64,000 bases of DNA from the NCBI GenBank assembly GCA_947504045.1, contig CANNFY010000005.1, forward strand, positions 86,549-150,548, in the 5' to 3' direction. Below are positions 49,956 to 59,228 of this stretch, in pieces. Position numbers and translations under genes: made by a program. Position 1 is the first letter of the stretch. Each line of letters begins with the position of its first letter. The notes beneath the pieces were generated by a model. It was not told the DNA's origin. It saw only the letters and a program-made list of their open reading frames with translations, and made no database searches. This stretch comes from an uncultured Maribacter sp. (GTDB lineage: Bacteria; Bacteroidota; Bacteroidia; Flavobacteriales; Flavobacteriaceae).

Positions 49956-49985
49956 CAAAAGTAGTGCTATTCATAAATATGTCAA
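49956..49985 (-). promoter_or_regulatory. candidate promoter of metK
   Basis: The minus strand reads TTG-N19-TACTTTTG, an exact fit to the Bacteroidetes TTG / TAnnTTTG consensus, about 140 nt upstream of the metK ATG. Confidence 0.5.
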
Positions 49986-50009
49986 AATAGAATCTATTAA
50001 AATAATAAA

Positions 50010-50046
50010 AAGAAAAAAGCGTCTTGAAAATTACAAAACGCTTTTA
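50010..50046 (-). terminator. terminator after the outer-membrane barrel gene
   Basis: AAAAGCG..CGCTTTT stem followed on the minus strand by a U-rich tract, 25 nt after the stop at 50072. Confidence 0.6.
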
Positions 50047-50071
50047 AACACACTAACCATATAATTTGTAT

Positions 50072-52750
50072 CTACAAATCATATTTTATTTTAAACATTA
50101 CATACCTTGGCTGTACAATGTATGTTGATGTTCTATAATACAACTCATTAAAAGTATCTTGATTTAACTCTGTATTATTCAATAAGTTTGTAAGCTGTAC
50201 ACTATATTCCCATTTACTATCTTTTTTCTGATACGATAAGTCTGCATTTAAAAAAGCATACTCATTTTCTACAGTATCTGCTGCATCATTATACTTATAA
50301 TAGTTAAAATCTGATGTAAAAATAAAGTTCTTTAAAAAAGGAGTATTAAATTCTACAAAGGGAGTGCTGGTATAAAAGGTAGTTTCATTACCGCCATTGT
50401 TATAGTTATTAATAGAATAATTATACCCTAATTCTACATTTGGAGCATTTTTAAAACTGGTAGCTACAGCTCCCCTATAACTTTGAGTTAAAGACTCTGA
50501 TGTACTAGGACTATTATTTACAATATTGTTTAAGTTAGAATAGGATAATGCCCCTCTTGCACTTATTTTTATTTTACCAAAAGTTCTTTGATAATTTGCT
50601 GACCCAGACAAAACCTCATCTTCTAAATTAGAGTTTATGGTAGAGGTTACCTGATTTATTCCTACTATTTCGCTATCACTCTTAAAAGCATCAATACGTT
50701 TACTATAATTTAATCTTGCAAAAATGTTTTGCAAATTAAACATACTAAAACTAAAAAAATTAAGACTTACATTATGGTAAAGCGCACTTTCTAAATCTCT
50801 ATTACCCTGGTATAAAGAGTTGTAATTACTAAACACATAAGCGCTTGCAAATTTTTCTATATCAGAAAAGTTTCTGGTAACCGAGTAATTAAATCTAATA
50901 CTTTCAGATTCCTTTAGCTTATAATTTATAAATAAATCTGGCACAACATTTACTAAATCATCTGTAACCACAGTTCCTAATTGCTCATTTTTTGCTTGGT
51001 AATTATGCGCTATTATACCCGGATTTATAGTAAAATTACCCGCAATTAATTTATAATGAAACCCTAAAAATAAATCTGAAAATTTAAAATTAACCCTATT
51101 AACAAGTGCATCATCTGTAAAATAAACTTCTGAATTATTATCTAAAACCTGAAATATACTAGAGTTAAAATCTTGATTACTGTGGGTTACCCCTAACGTA
51201 AAATTAATATTACTTTTGGGTCCGGTTACATAATAATAGTCCGCTTTAAAATCTAGCTTATTTGTTTTTACTTCTCGCTCTTGGTTAATATCAAAATTAG
51301 ATTGTGTATCATCTAATGGCAATATACTTTCAAAAGGTTGCACTTCGCGTATTGCGTTATAAAAAGGGTCTTCTGTTTGTATTAAATATTGGCCTTCTAG
51401 AGCTAAAATATTTTTTTCGTCTAAAGTATAATAAACATTTACATTTTGGTTTACACTTGTTGGGGTTTGCTCTTTGTTTTCTGTTATTTGGTCTGTAACA
51501 TCTGCTACTGATAAAATATCTACAGTTTCTTCTGAACCAGAAAACTTTGTTAAAATATCATACTCTACTTGTAAATTAGTACTAGGCTTATATGCGGCAC
51601 TAAATTTTAACAACCCTAGGTTAGAAGTTTGGTCCGTATCTGTTGTAGTAATTTCTTCTTCATTACTACTTATATAACTTCTTAAAGCGCTGGTTTGTAA
51701 CAAAGTGTTACTGTAAGAATAAATAGCAAAACCACTAAACTCTAAACTTTCTACCGGAGAATAGCTAAAGTTTACTGCTCCAAATTTTGCGTTTATTTCT
51801 TTAGCTTTATTGTTTTGTAATTGAGACAAACCCAAGCCTCCTTCACCAACAGAAAAGCTGGTTCCGGTATTTCCTGTTCTTGACCTAAAGCCCCCTGTAA
51901 ACCTTCTATAGTCTCGGTTAGTAAAAGCCAATTCTCCAATATTATTAAAATCGGTTAATATGTTTATACTGTACTTTGGACTATAAAAAAACAATTTTGG
52001 ATGTGCTAAATAACGACTATCTAAACCAAGACCTCCTGTTATTTCGCCAAACCAGAACTTTTCTTTTCCTGTTTTTAGTTTAATATTTAAGGCTACGTTA
52101 TCCTCATTATTAGTAACCCCTTTAAGCTGCGATACTTCTGCGTAATTACGTAAAACTTCTATTTTGTCTAGCGCATTTGCAGGTATGTTTTGCGCTGCAA
52201 GTTTAGAATCTCCATCAAAAAAATCTTTCCCATTAACCATTACTTTGGTTACCGTTTTTCCTTCTACCTCAATCTCCCCTTCATCACTAACTTCAACTCC
52301 TGGCAATTTAGTAAGTACGTCTTCTAATTTTTTTTCGGTACCGCTTACAAAAGAATCTGTATTATAAACTATAGTATCTCCTTTTACGGTAACAGGCATT
52401 TCATAAACTACTTCTACTTCGTCTAAATTTTCGGCTTGTTCTATAAGAGTTGTATTTTTTTGAATATCTTCTTCTCCTACTGTTAGAACCAGTTCTTTAG
52501 GCTGAAAACCTAAGTAACTAAACCTTAAATTGTACGTCGTATTTTCTTTTACGTTTATTTTATATTTACCCTCTGGGTTTGTTATTCCGAACCCATCTAA
52601 ATTTTTAGTTTCTTTATTAATAGCTACAACATTTGCCATTTCTAAAGGAGCACCAAAATCGTCTGTTACTACACCTGTTATTGTAATTTTTTGCGCATTT
52701 GCATAAAAAGCAAAAAATAAAAAAGACCCGAGTAAAATTTTCTTATACAT
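50072..52750 (-). CDS. outer-membrane beta-barrel protein with an N-terminal CarboxypepD_reg-like domain (TonB-dependent-receptor-like)
   Basis: Signal peptide, ITGVVTDDFGAPLEMANV carboxypeptidase-regulatory-like fold, a plug-like segment, and a long Tyr/Asn-rich barrel ending in KIKYDL. Confidence 0.7.
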   Translation of the reverse strand: MYKKILLGSFLFFAFYANAQKITITGVVTDDFGAPLEMANVVAINKETKNLDGFGITNPEGKYKINVKENTTYNLRFSYLGFQPKELVLTVGEEDIQKNTTLIEQAENLDEVEVVYEMPVTVKGDTIVYNTDSFVSGTEKKLEDVLTKLPGVEVSDEGEIEVEGKTVTKVMVNGKDFFDGDSKLAAQNIPANALDKIEVLRNYAEVSQLKGVTNNEDNVALNIKLKTGKEKFWFGEITGGLGLDSRYLAHPKLFFYSPKYSINILTDFNNIGELAFTNRDYRRFTGGFRSRTGNTGTSFSVGEGGLGLSQLQNNKAKEINAKFGAVNFSYSPVESLEFSGFAIYSYSNTLLQTSALRSYISSNEEEITTTDTDQTSNLGLLKFSAAYKPSTNLQVEYDILTKFSGSEETVDILSVADVTDQITENKEQTPTSVNQNVNVYYTLDEKNILALEGQYLIQTEDPFYNAIREVQPFESILPLDDTQSNFDINQEREVKTNKLDFKADYYYVTGPKSNINFTLGVTHSNQDFNSSIFQVLDNNSEVYFTDDALVNRVNFKFSDLFLGFHYKLIAGNFTINPGIIAHNYQAKNEQLGTVVTDDLVNVVPDLFINYKLKESESIRFNYSVTRNFSDIEKFASAYVFSNYNSLYQGNRDLESALYHNVSLNFFSFSMFNLQNIFARLNYSKRIDAFKSDSEIVGINQVTSTINSNLEDEVLSGSANYQRTFGKIKISARGALSYSNLNNIVNNSPSTSESLTQSYRGAVATSFKNAPNVELGYNYSINNYNNGGNETTFYTSTPFVEFNTPFLKNFIFTSDFNYYKYNDAADTVENEYAFLNADLSYQKKDSKWEYSVQLTNLLNNTELNQDTFNELYYRTSTYIVQPRYVMFKIKYDL

Positions 52751-52761
52751 AAACTTTCTAA

Positions 52762-53634
52762 TTAGTTTCTACCTCCAGGACCTCTACCGTTTCTTGGTCT
52801 TTCAGATATTTCTTTCATCTTACTCTTTAGAATCTCATTGTATTTTTTCTGGGTTACCTCTTTCCCTTTTCTAGGTTCTTCTATAGTTTCTTTGTCTTTA
52901 GAATTCATTACAATTTTAGAACATAAAATAACTGTTTTACCAGCATTTACTTCTAGTATTAAACCTGGCAGCCCCCAATATTCTCCTGGCCCTTGACTTA
53001 TTGGAATATCTAATGTATACCAAGCAGTAATTTCTATCTGTTTTGGCTTTTCTTTTTCTTTAAATAAAGAGTTTTGTTTTTCTACAGAATCTTTTTTCTT
53101 CTCTTCGTCTCTATTACCTCCCTGTCTTCCTCTAGGTCTAAAATTGGTAATATCCATAGAATCTATAGCCTTTATAGCAGTTGCTTTATAACATGTATAC
53201 TGGCCTATTTGTTTTGTTTCTGAGCCCATAACCCAAGATAAACTAGGAAGCTCATCTTTAATTAAAAACACCTTACCAAACATTTCTTTTTGGTTGGTGT
53301 ATTTACCTTCTTTAATATTTTTATAATACTTTCCGCTTGTATTAAAAGAAAACCTTCCTCTTCCTCCTCCATTATTACCCGGCTGTTCTAACTTTTCTTC
53401 CTCTAGGTACATTGCTTCTGTTTTATTAAAGGATAAAACAAAAGTTTTTTCAAAATTTCTCTTAATACGTTCTTGTATTCTCTTTTTTTGTTCCGCAGAC
53501 ATATCTGGCCTACCAAAATTAGACAAATCAACACTTGTTTTAGACTCATAAATAGCTTTCCCTTGAAAGTCTTGACCATAGGAGCCTTCTAAAACAACAA
53601 AAAATAATGCAATTAAAAGTAAGTGTTTTTTCAT
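52762..53634 (-). CDS. GLPGLI-family protein
   Basis: Contains the eponymous YWGLPGLILEV motif. Has a signal peptide and sits directly upstream of the barrel gene, as is usual for this family. Confidence 0.8.
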   Translation of the reverse strand: MKKHLLLIALFFVVLEGSYGQDFQGKAIYESKTSVDLSNFGRPDMSAEQKKRIQERIKRNFEKTFVLSFNKTEAMYLEEEKLEQPGNNGGGRGRFSFNTSGKYYKNIKEGKYTNQKEMFGKVFLIKDELPSLSWVMGSETKQIGQYTCYKATAIKAIDSMDITNFRPRGRQGGNRDEEKKKDSVEKQNSLFKEKEKPKQIEITAWYTLDIPISQGPGEYWGLPGLILEVNAGKTVILCSKIVMNSKDKETIEEPRKGKEVTQKKYNEILKSKMKEISERPRNGRGPGGRN

Positions 53635-53808
53635 TCTTTCATATTTTTAGTTAAAAATTAGACTTCTTTATTTTACAAAGGTTTAATTATGACTTTAAAA
53701 TATTTTTCATCGGATATTTACTTAAACATTTTATCATGCTATTGTTATCTTGTATATTGTGATGCTTTCTTTTATTTATAGAAATCTAACCATAAAAAAT
53801 AGTTAAAA

Positions 53809-54423
53809 ATGCATATTGCTATAGCAGGAAATATTGGCGCTGGAAAAACAACCCTAACAAAACTATTAGCCAAACACTACCAATGGGAACCTCATTTTGA
53901 AGACGTTGCAGAAAACCCCTATTTAGATGATTTTTACAACCAAATGGAGCGTTGGAGTTTTAATTTGCAAATTTATTTTTTAAATAGTAGATATAGACAA
54001 ATTCTTGAAATTAGAGAAAGTGGAAAAAGTATAATCCAAGATAGAACCATATACGAAGATGCTCATATTTTTGCTCCTAACCTACACGCTATGGGCTTAA
54101 TGACAAATAGAGACTTTAACAACTACTCTAGCCTTTTTGAACTAATGGAAACTTTAGTACAACCCCCAGAATTACTTATTTATTTAAGAAGTTCTATACC
54201 AAACTTAGTAAACCAAATTCATAAACGTGGTAGAGACTACGAAAATAGTATCTCTATTGATTATCTAAGTAGATTAAATGAACGTTATGAAGCTTGGGCA
54301 CACACGTACACAAAAGGAAAGTTACTTATAATTGATGTTGACGAATTAGATTTTGTGGATGAGCCTGAAGATTTAGGAAAAATTATTAATAAAATTGACG
54401 CCGAAATTAATGGCTTGTTTTAA
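53809..54423 (+). CDS. deoxynucleoside kinase
   Basis: P-loop GNIGAGKTT, DR..YED and ERW.F blocks. Confidence 0.85.
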   Translation: MHIAIAGNIGAGKTTLTKLLAKHYQWEPHFEDVAENPYLDDFYNQMERWSFNLQIYFLNSRYRQILEIRESGKSIIQDRTIYEDAHIFAPNLHAMGLMTNRDFNNYSSLFELMETLVQPPELLIYLRSSIPNLVNQIHKRGRDYENSISIDYLSRLNERYEAWAHTYTKGKLLIIDVDELDFVDEPEDLGKIINKIDAEINGLF

Positions 54424-55133
54424 TGACTAATTGTATTCTTGCAAGTACATCTACCATTTATAATGGTACTTATTTAAGTTATCTTTTAGATTCTCTTGAA
54501 GAATTATTTAATGGTGTTGATGAAATTCTATTTATACCATACGCTAGACCAAGTGGTATTTCTCATGAAGAATATACCGAAATAGCAAAAAAAGGATTTC
54601 TTAAAATAAATAAGAACCTAGTAGGCATTCATACTTTTAAAGACCCTATTAATGCCATTAAAAATGCTAAAGGTATTTTTACCGGTGGCGGAAATACTTT
54701 TGTTCTAGTTTCTAAACTATACGAATTAAACTTAATTAGCCCTTTAAAAAAAGCCATTCTCTCTGGTACACCTTATTTAGGAACTAGTGCAGGTAGTAAT
54801 ATTGCAGGAGTTAGTATGCAAACTACTAATGATATGCCTATAGTTTACCCTCCTAGTTTTAAAACGCTACAAATTATTCCTTTTAATATTAATGCCCATT
54901 ATTTAGACCCAGACCCAAAATCTAGACACAAAGGAGAAACTAGAGAAACAAGAATTAAAGAGTTTCATAAATTTAACAATACCCCTGTAGTTGGTTTAAG
55001 AGAAGGAAGTTGGATAAGACTGTATAACAACAAATGTACACTTGAAGGTGAAGAACTTTCTGCTAGAGTTTTTACACAAAATAAGGCTCCTGTTGAGGTA
55101 GCTCCTAAATCATCTTTACACTATTTAAAATAA
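54423..55133 (+). CDS. pepE: dipeptidase E (peptidase S51)
   Basis: GGGNTF and GTSAGS nucleophile blocks. The start overlaps the dNK stop (TAATG). Confidence 0.85.
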   Translation: MTNCILASTSTIYNGTYLSYLLDSLEELFNGVDEILFIPYARPSGISHEEYTEIAKKGFLKINKNLVGIHTFKDPINAIKNAKGIFTGGGNTFVLVSKLYELNLISPLKKAILSGTPYLGTSAGSNIAGVSMQTTNDMPIVYPPSFKTLQIIPFNINAHYLDPDPKSRHKGETRETRIKEFHKFNNTPVVGLREGSWIRLYNNKCTLEGEELSARVFTQNKAPVEVAPKSSLHYLK

Positions 55134-55138
55134 CTATT

Positions 55139-56134
55139 TTAAATATACCCTTTCTTTTTGGCATGCTTTTTTGCCTCATCGGTATTATACACCAATAAAA
55201 CATCTACATCTTTATAGTTCTGAAATAACTTTTCTACACGTAACATTTTCTTTTTACTTTTTACAGACCTTAAATAGATTGAACTTATTCTATTAGGGTT
55301 GTTGGCAACAATATCCACATATATATCTGGATCATGCTCTCCACAATCTCCAATTAAAATAAATGATAAATCTGGATATGTATCTAATATATTTTGAATT
55401 TCATGATGCTTATGAGATATTTTAGATTTTGGAGTTTTATCAAATAAAAATTTTAAATTCCGCAACAACAAAGCTCCTTTAGGAAAATTGTTTTCATTTA
55501 AAAAAATTTCTAAATACTTATATAAATTCCAGGGGCTATTACTTACATAAAAAACCGGGTTACAATTATTTTTAGATTTTCCTTTATGTAATTGCATATA
55601 AAAATCTGCAGTACCATCTAAAGCCTTTCTGTGCAAAACATTAACAAAAAATGTATTAAAAACAGCTTTCCATTTAAATTTAGAAGCAACACCTGTGTGT
55701 AAAATAGTATCATCTATATCACTAATAATCCCATATTCAGATTCTGGTAAAACAACTAGCATTTCTCCAAAAAAACGATTTTTAGAGACTATTTTTTTTG
55801 TGTACTCTTCTGGCTTACCATACGATACATTATAAGAAACCCAACCTTCATCAGAAACAACGCCTGATAAATTATCTACTTTTTTATCTAAAATATAATA
55901 GCCCTCAGAGTCTGTTTCTACGTTTTCTTGTTCCTTATTTATTTCTACTTTTAAAGATGCATACTTTACCTCATCTGTTTCAAACCTCTTCCAAGTACTT
56001 ATAAAAACAGCCCATATACCTTTTTTATTTATGTCTATATTTTCATCTTCTAAAGTTCTACCTCTTAAATATATATGGGTTAATGTCCCATAGGTTTTAA
56101 AAGGAATAATTTGCAACTTATCTTTCTTAAACAT
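55139..56134 (-). CDS. App1-family phosphatidate phosphatase-like protein (DUF2183)
   Basis: ISDIDDTILHTG (DxDxT) and IGDCGEHDPDIY blocks. Confidence 0.65.
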   Translation of the reverse strand: MFKKDKLQIIPFKTYGTLTHIYLRGRTLEDENIDINKKGIWAVFISTWKRFETDEVKYASLKVEINKEQENVETDSEGYYILDKKVDNLSGVVSDEGWVSYNVSYGKPEEYTKKIVSKNRFFGEMLVVLPESEYGIISDIDDTILHTGVASKFKWKAVFNTFFVNVLHRKALDGTADFYMQLHKGKSKNNCNPVFYVSNSPWNLYKYLEIFLNENNFPKGALLLRNLKFLFDKTPKSKISHKHHEIQNILDTYPDLSFILIGDCGEHDPDIYVDIVANNPNRISSIYLRSVKSKKKMLRVEKLFQNYKDVDVLLVYNTDEAKKHAKKKGYI

Positions 56135-56163
56135 AGTCTAAATTTCACTAGCAATTAAAAATA

Positions 56164-56195
56164 TAAAAAAACCGCCTTACAAATTGCAAGACGGT
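56164..56195 (-). terminator. terminator after the membrane pyrophosphatase gene
   Basis: The minus strand reads AACCGUCUUGCAAUUUGUAAGGCGGUUUUUUU, an imperfect GC-containing stem followed by a U7 run. Confidence 0.6.
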
Positions 56196-56218
56196 TAAAT
56201 ATTAATTTACTATGACTA

Positions 56219-58510
56219 TTACTCTTTTACCACTTTCTTATTATTTACTAATAATTTATAGGCTGCATTAGCCTCTGTATTATTTTCTGTTTTTAGATTA
56301 GTTTCTACATTTATAGTTGTATTTATTTTGGCATTATGCATAGCAAGACCATCTTCAGTAATTGCAATACTAGGAGCTATTACTAAAGCAACAACAGACA
56401 TTAGTTTTAAAAGAATATTTAAAGATGGTCCTGAGGTATCTTTAAAAGGGTCTCCTACTGTATCTCCTACTACAGCAGCTTTATGCACGTCTGTTCCTTT
56501 ACGCCCATCTTCTTCTATAGTTTTTTTTGCGTTATCCCAAGCACCACCTGCATTAGACTGAAAAATAGCCATTAAAACCCCACATGTTGTAACTCCTGCA
56601 AGTAAGCCTCCTAACATTTCTGCCCCACCTATTCCAACAATTTTACCTCCAAAGCCCACTATAACTGGTACTGCAATTGCTAACAACCCAGGCAAAACCA
56701 TTTCTCTAATAGATGCTTTTGTAGATATATCTATACATTTACCATAATCTGCCACACCGTTTGCAGAATCAAATATTTTTCTATCCTCTTCAGATGCTTT
56801 ACTCATATCCGAATCATACTTACGCATAATACCTAATGCTGCTTTTAATTCTGGAATATCTCTAAATTGGCGACGAACTTCCTCGATCATTGCCATTGCC
56901 GCCCTTCCAACAGCATTCATAGACAAAGCAGAAAAAACAAAAGGCAACATACCTCCTATTAATAAGCCCGCCATAATATCTGGTCTAGAAACATCTATTG
57001 AGGTTACATTTGCTGTTTTCATAAAAGCTGCAAATAACGCTAATGCCGTTAAAGCTGCAGATGCTATTGCAAAACCTTTACCTATTGCTGCTGTAGTATT
57101 ACCTACAGCATCTAATTTATCTGTACGTTCGCGAACTTCGCTTGGCAACTCTGCCATTTCTGCAATTCCACCTGCATTATCACAAATAGGCCCATAAGCG
57201 TCTACCGCTAACTGAATTCCTGTATTTGCCAACATACCAACTGCTGCAATTGCAATACCATATAACCCTGCTTGACTATGCGAAATGATTATTGCCGCTG
57301 CTATTAAAAGTATTGGTATTGCTGTAGACATCATTCCTACACCTAAGCCTGCAATTATATTTGTTGCCGCTCCAGTTTCCGATTGTTTTACAATATCCAT
57401 TACTGGTTTTTTACCTGTTCCTGTATAGTATTCGGTAATTTTACCTACTGCTAAACCTGCTACTAAACCTGCTATTGTTGCCCAAAAAACTCCCATTGAT
57501 GTATAGGTTACTCCAGAATCTACCCAAGATTCTGGCAACATATTTTGAATAATAAAAAAAGAAGCTACTAACATTAAACCAGCAGAACCAAATTCTCCAA
57601 TATTTAGGGCTGTTTGCGGATTACCCCCATCTTTTACACGAACAAAGAATGTTCCAAGAATAGACATAACAATTCCTGTAGCCGCTAAAACCAAAGGAAG
57701 ATACACAGCTCCTAAACCATCAAAAGAAGTTGAAAATTCTGGCAATCCAACATATACTGCACCAAGCACCATTGTTCCTATAATAGAACCTACATAAGAT
57801 TCAAATAAATCTGCCCCCATACCTGCAACATCTCCTACATTATCCCCTACATTATCTGCTATAGTAGCAGGGTTTAATGGGTGATCTTCTGGAATACCCG
57901 CTTCTACTTTACCAACTAAATCTGCCCCAACATCTGCCGCTTTGGTATAAATACCACCGCCAACCCTAGCAAATAATGCTATAGAAGAAGCTCCTAAAGA
58001 AAAGCCCGATAATACATTTAACACCTCTCCAATACTCCACCCTTGACCACTATATATCATAAAAAGGCCACTTAGCCCTAAAACTCCCAAACCAACTACG
58101 CCAAGCCCCATTACAGACCCTCCTGCAAATGCAACTTCTAATGCTTTTCCTAAAGAGGTTCTTGCTGCTTGAGTTGTTCTAACATTTGCCTTAGTTGCAA
58201 CTTTCATACCTATAAAGCCTGCAAGAGCAGAGCAAATAGCACCAACTATAAAAGAAACAGCAACCATACCGTTAGAACCTTCTTCATAACTACCCTTAAA
58301 ATATAATAATACTGCAACCGCTACTACAAAAATTCCTAGAACCTTATATTCTGCTTTTAAAAAAGCCATTGCTCCATCAGAAATATTCTTAGCAATTTTG
58401 GACATGTTTTCTTCTCCTTGATCTTGTTTAGACACCCACATATTTTTAACAAAAACAAAAATCAAGGCTAAAATTCCAAAAATCCATAAATAGTTCACAA
58501 ATACTTCCAT
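56219..58510 (-). CDS. hppA: membrane-integral proton/sodium-translocating pyrophosphatase
   Basis: [26 protein letters not shown] and [11 protein letters not shown] signature motifs. About 16 TM. Confidence 0.95.
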   Translation of the reverse strand: MEVFVNYLWIFGILALIFVFVKNMWVSKQDQGEENMSKIAKNISDGAMAFLKAEYKVLGIFVVAVAVLLYFKGSYEEGSNGMVAVSFIVGAICSALAGFIGMKVATKANVRTTQAARTSLGKALEVAFAGGSVMGLGVVGLGVLGLSGLFMIYSGQGWSIGEVLNVLSGFSLGASSIALFARVGGGIYTKAADVGADLVGKVEAGIPEDHPLNPATIADNVGDNVGDVAGMGADLFESYVGSIIGTMVLGAVYVGLPEFSTSFDGLGAVYLPLVLAATGIVMSILGTFFVRVKDGGNPQTALNIGEFGSAGLMLVASFFIIQNMLPESWVDSGVTYTSMGVFWATIAGLVAGLAVGKITEYYTGTGKKPVMDIVKQSETGAATNIIAGLGVGMMSTAIPILLIAAAIIISHSQAGLYGIAIAAVGMLANTGIQLAVDAYGPICDNAGGIAEMAELPSEVRERTDKLDAVGNTTAAIGKGFAIASAALTALALFAAFMKTANVTSIDVSRPDIMAGLLIGGMLPFVFSALSMNAVGRAAMAMIEEVRRQFRDIPELKAALGIMRKYDSDMSKASEEDRKIFDSANGVADYGKCIDISTKASIREMVLPGLLAIAVPVIVGFGGKIVGIGGAEMLGGLLAGVTTCGVLMAIFQSNAGGAWDNAKKTIEEDGRKGTDVHKAAVVGDTVGDPFKDTSGPSLNILLKLMSVVALVIAPSIAITEDGLAMHNAKINTTINVETNLKTENNTEANAAYKLLVNNKKVVKE

Positions 58511-58564
58511 AGTTTATTATTAATTTGATATTTATATTGCATTAAATATATGAAATCAATAATA

Positions 58565-58600
58565 ATAAAAAAAGCCACTCTTAAAATTAAGAGTGGCTTT
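58565..58600 (-). terminator. terminator after ppa
   Basis: 13-bp stem AAGCCACTCTTAA / TTAAGAGTGGCTT with a U-run on the minus strand. Confidence 0.75.
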
Positions 58601-58620
58601 TAATAGGTATTGTAAGTTTA

Positions 58621-59148
58621 CTATATAGTAAAGGTACGTTTCTTTTTGTGCTCGCTTTTTTCATAACGCTCCACACATTCGTGGTAAATTTTAACTGCCT
58701 GCTCAGAATTACCCCAACCACCAGTATCTACTTTCTTTTTCTCAAGATCTTTATATACTTTAAAGAAATGCTCTATTTCTTTAAGCCTATGTGGATTTAT
58801 GTCTGATATATCATGTTTATTACTCCAAATAGGATCAGATACAGGTACACAAATTACTTTTTCATCTGGTCCTTTTTCATCGGTCATGTAAAAAACTCCT
58901 ATTGGCCTAACTTCCATCACTACCATAGGGTATGTTGGCTGATGTCCTAAAACTAAAATATCTAATGGATCACTATCTAACGCTAAAGTTTCTGGAATAA
59001 AACCATAATCGCCTGGATACATCATGGAAGAAAATAACATTCTATCAAACCTAATTTTATGTAATGTAAAATCGTATTCGTATTTATTTCTACTTCCTTT
59101 TGGAATTTCTATTAAAACATCAAAAGTTATACTTTTTTTTTCTGCCAT
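58621..59148 (-). CDS. ppa: soluble inorganic pyrophosphatase (family I)
   Basis: EIPKGSRNKYE and DGDPLD-like (DSDPLDILV) motifs. 175 aa. Confidence 0.92.
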   Translation of the reverse strand: MAEKKSITFDVLIEIPKGSRNKYEYDFTLHKIRFDRMLFSSMMYPGDYGFIPETLALDSDPLDILVLGHQPTYPMVVMEVRPIGVFYMTDEKGPDEKVICVPVSDPIWSNKHDISDINPHRLKEIEHFFKVYKDLEKKKVDTGGWGNSEQAVKIYHECVERYEKSEHKKKRTFTI

Positions 59149-59228
59149 TATTCTATTTTTTTTGTCATGTGCAAAGTTAACAAATCAACGCTAGCTCATT
59201 AATGAAATTGTATTAATTATAACATATT

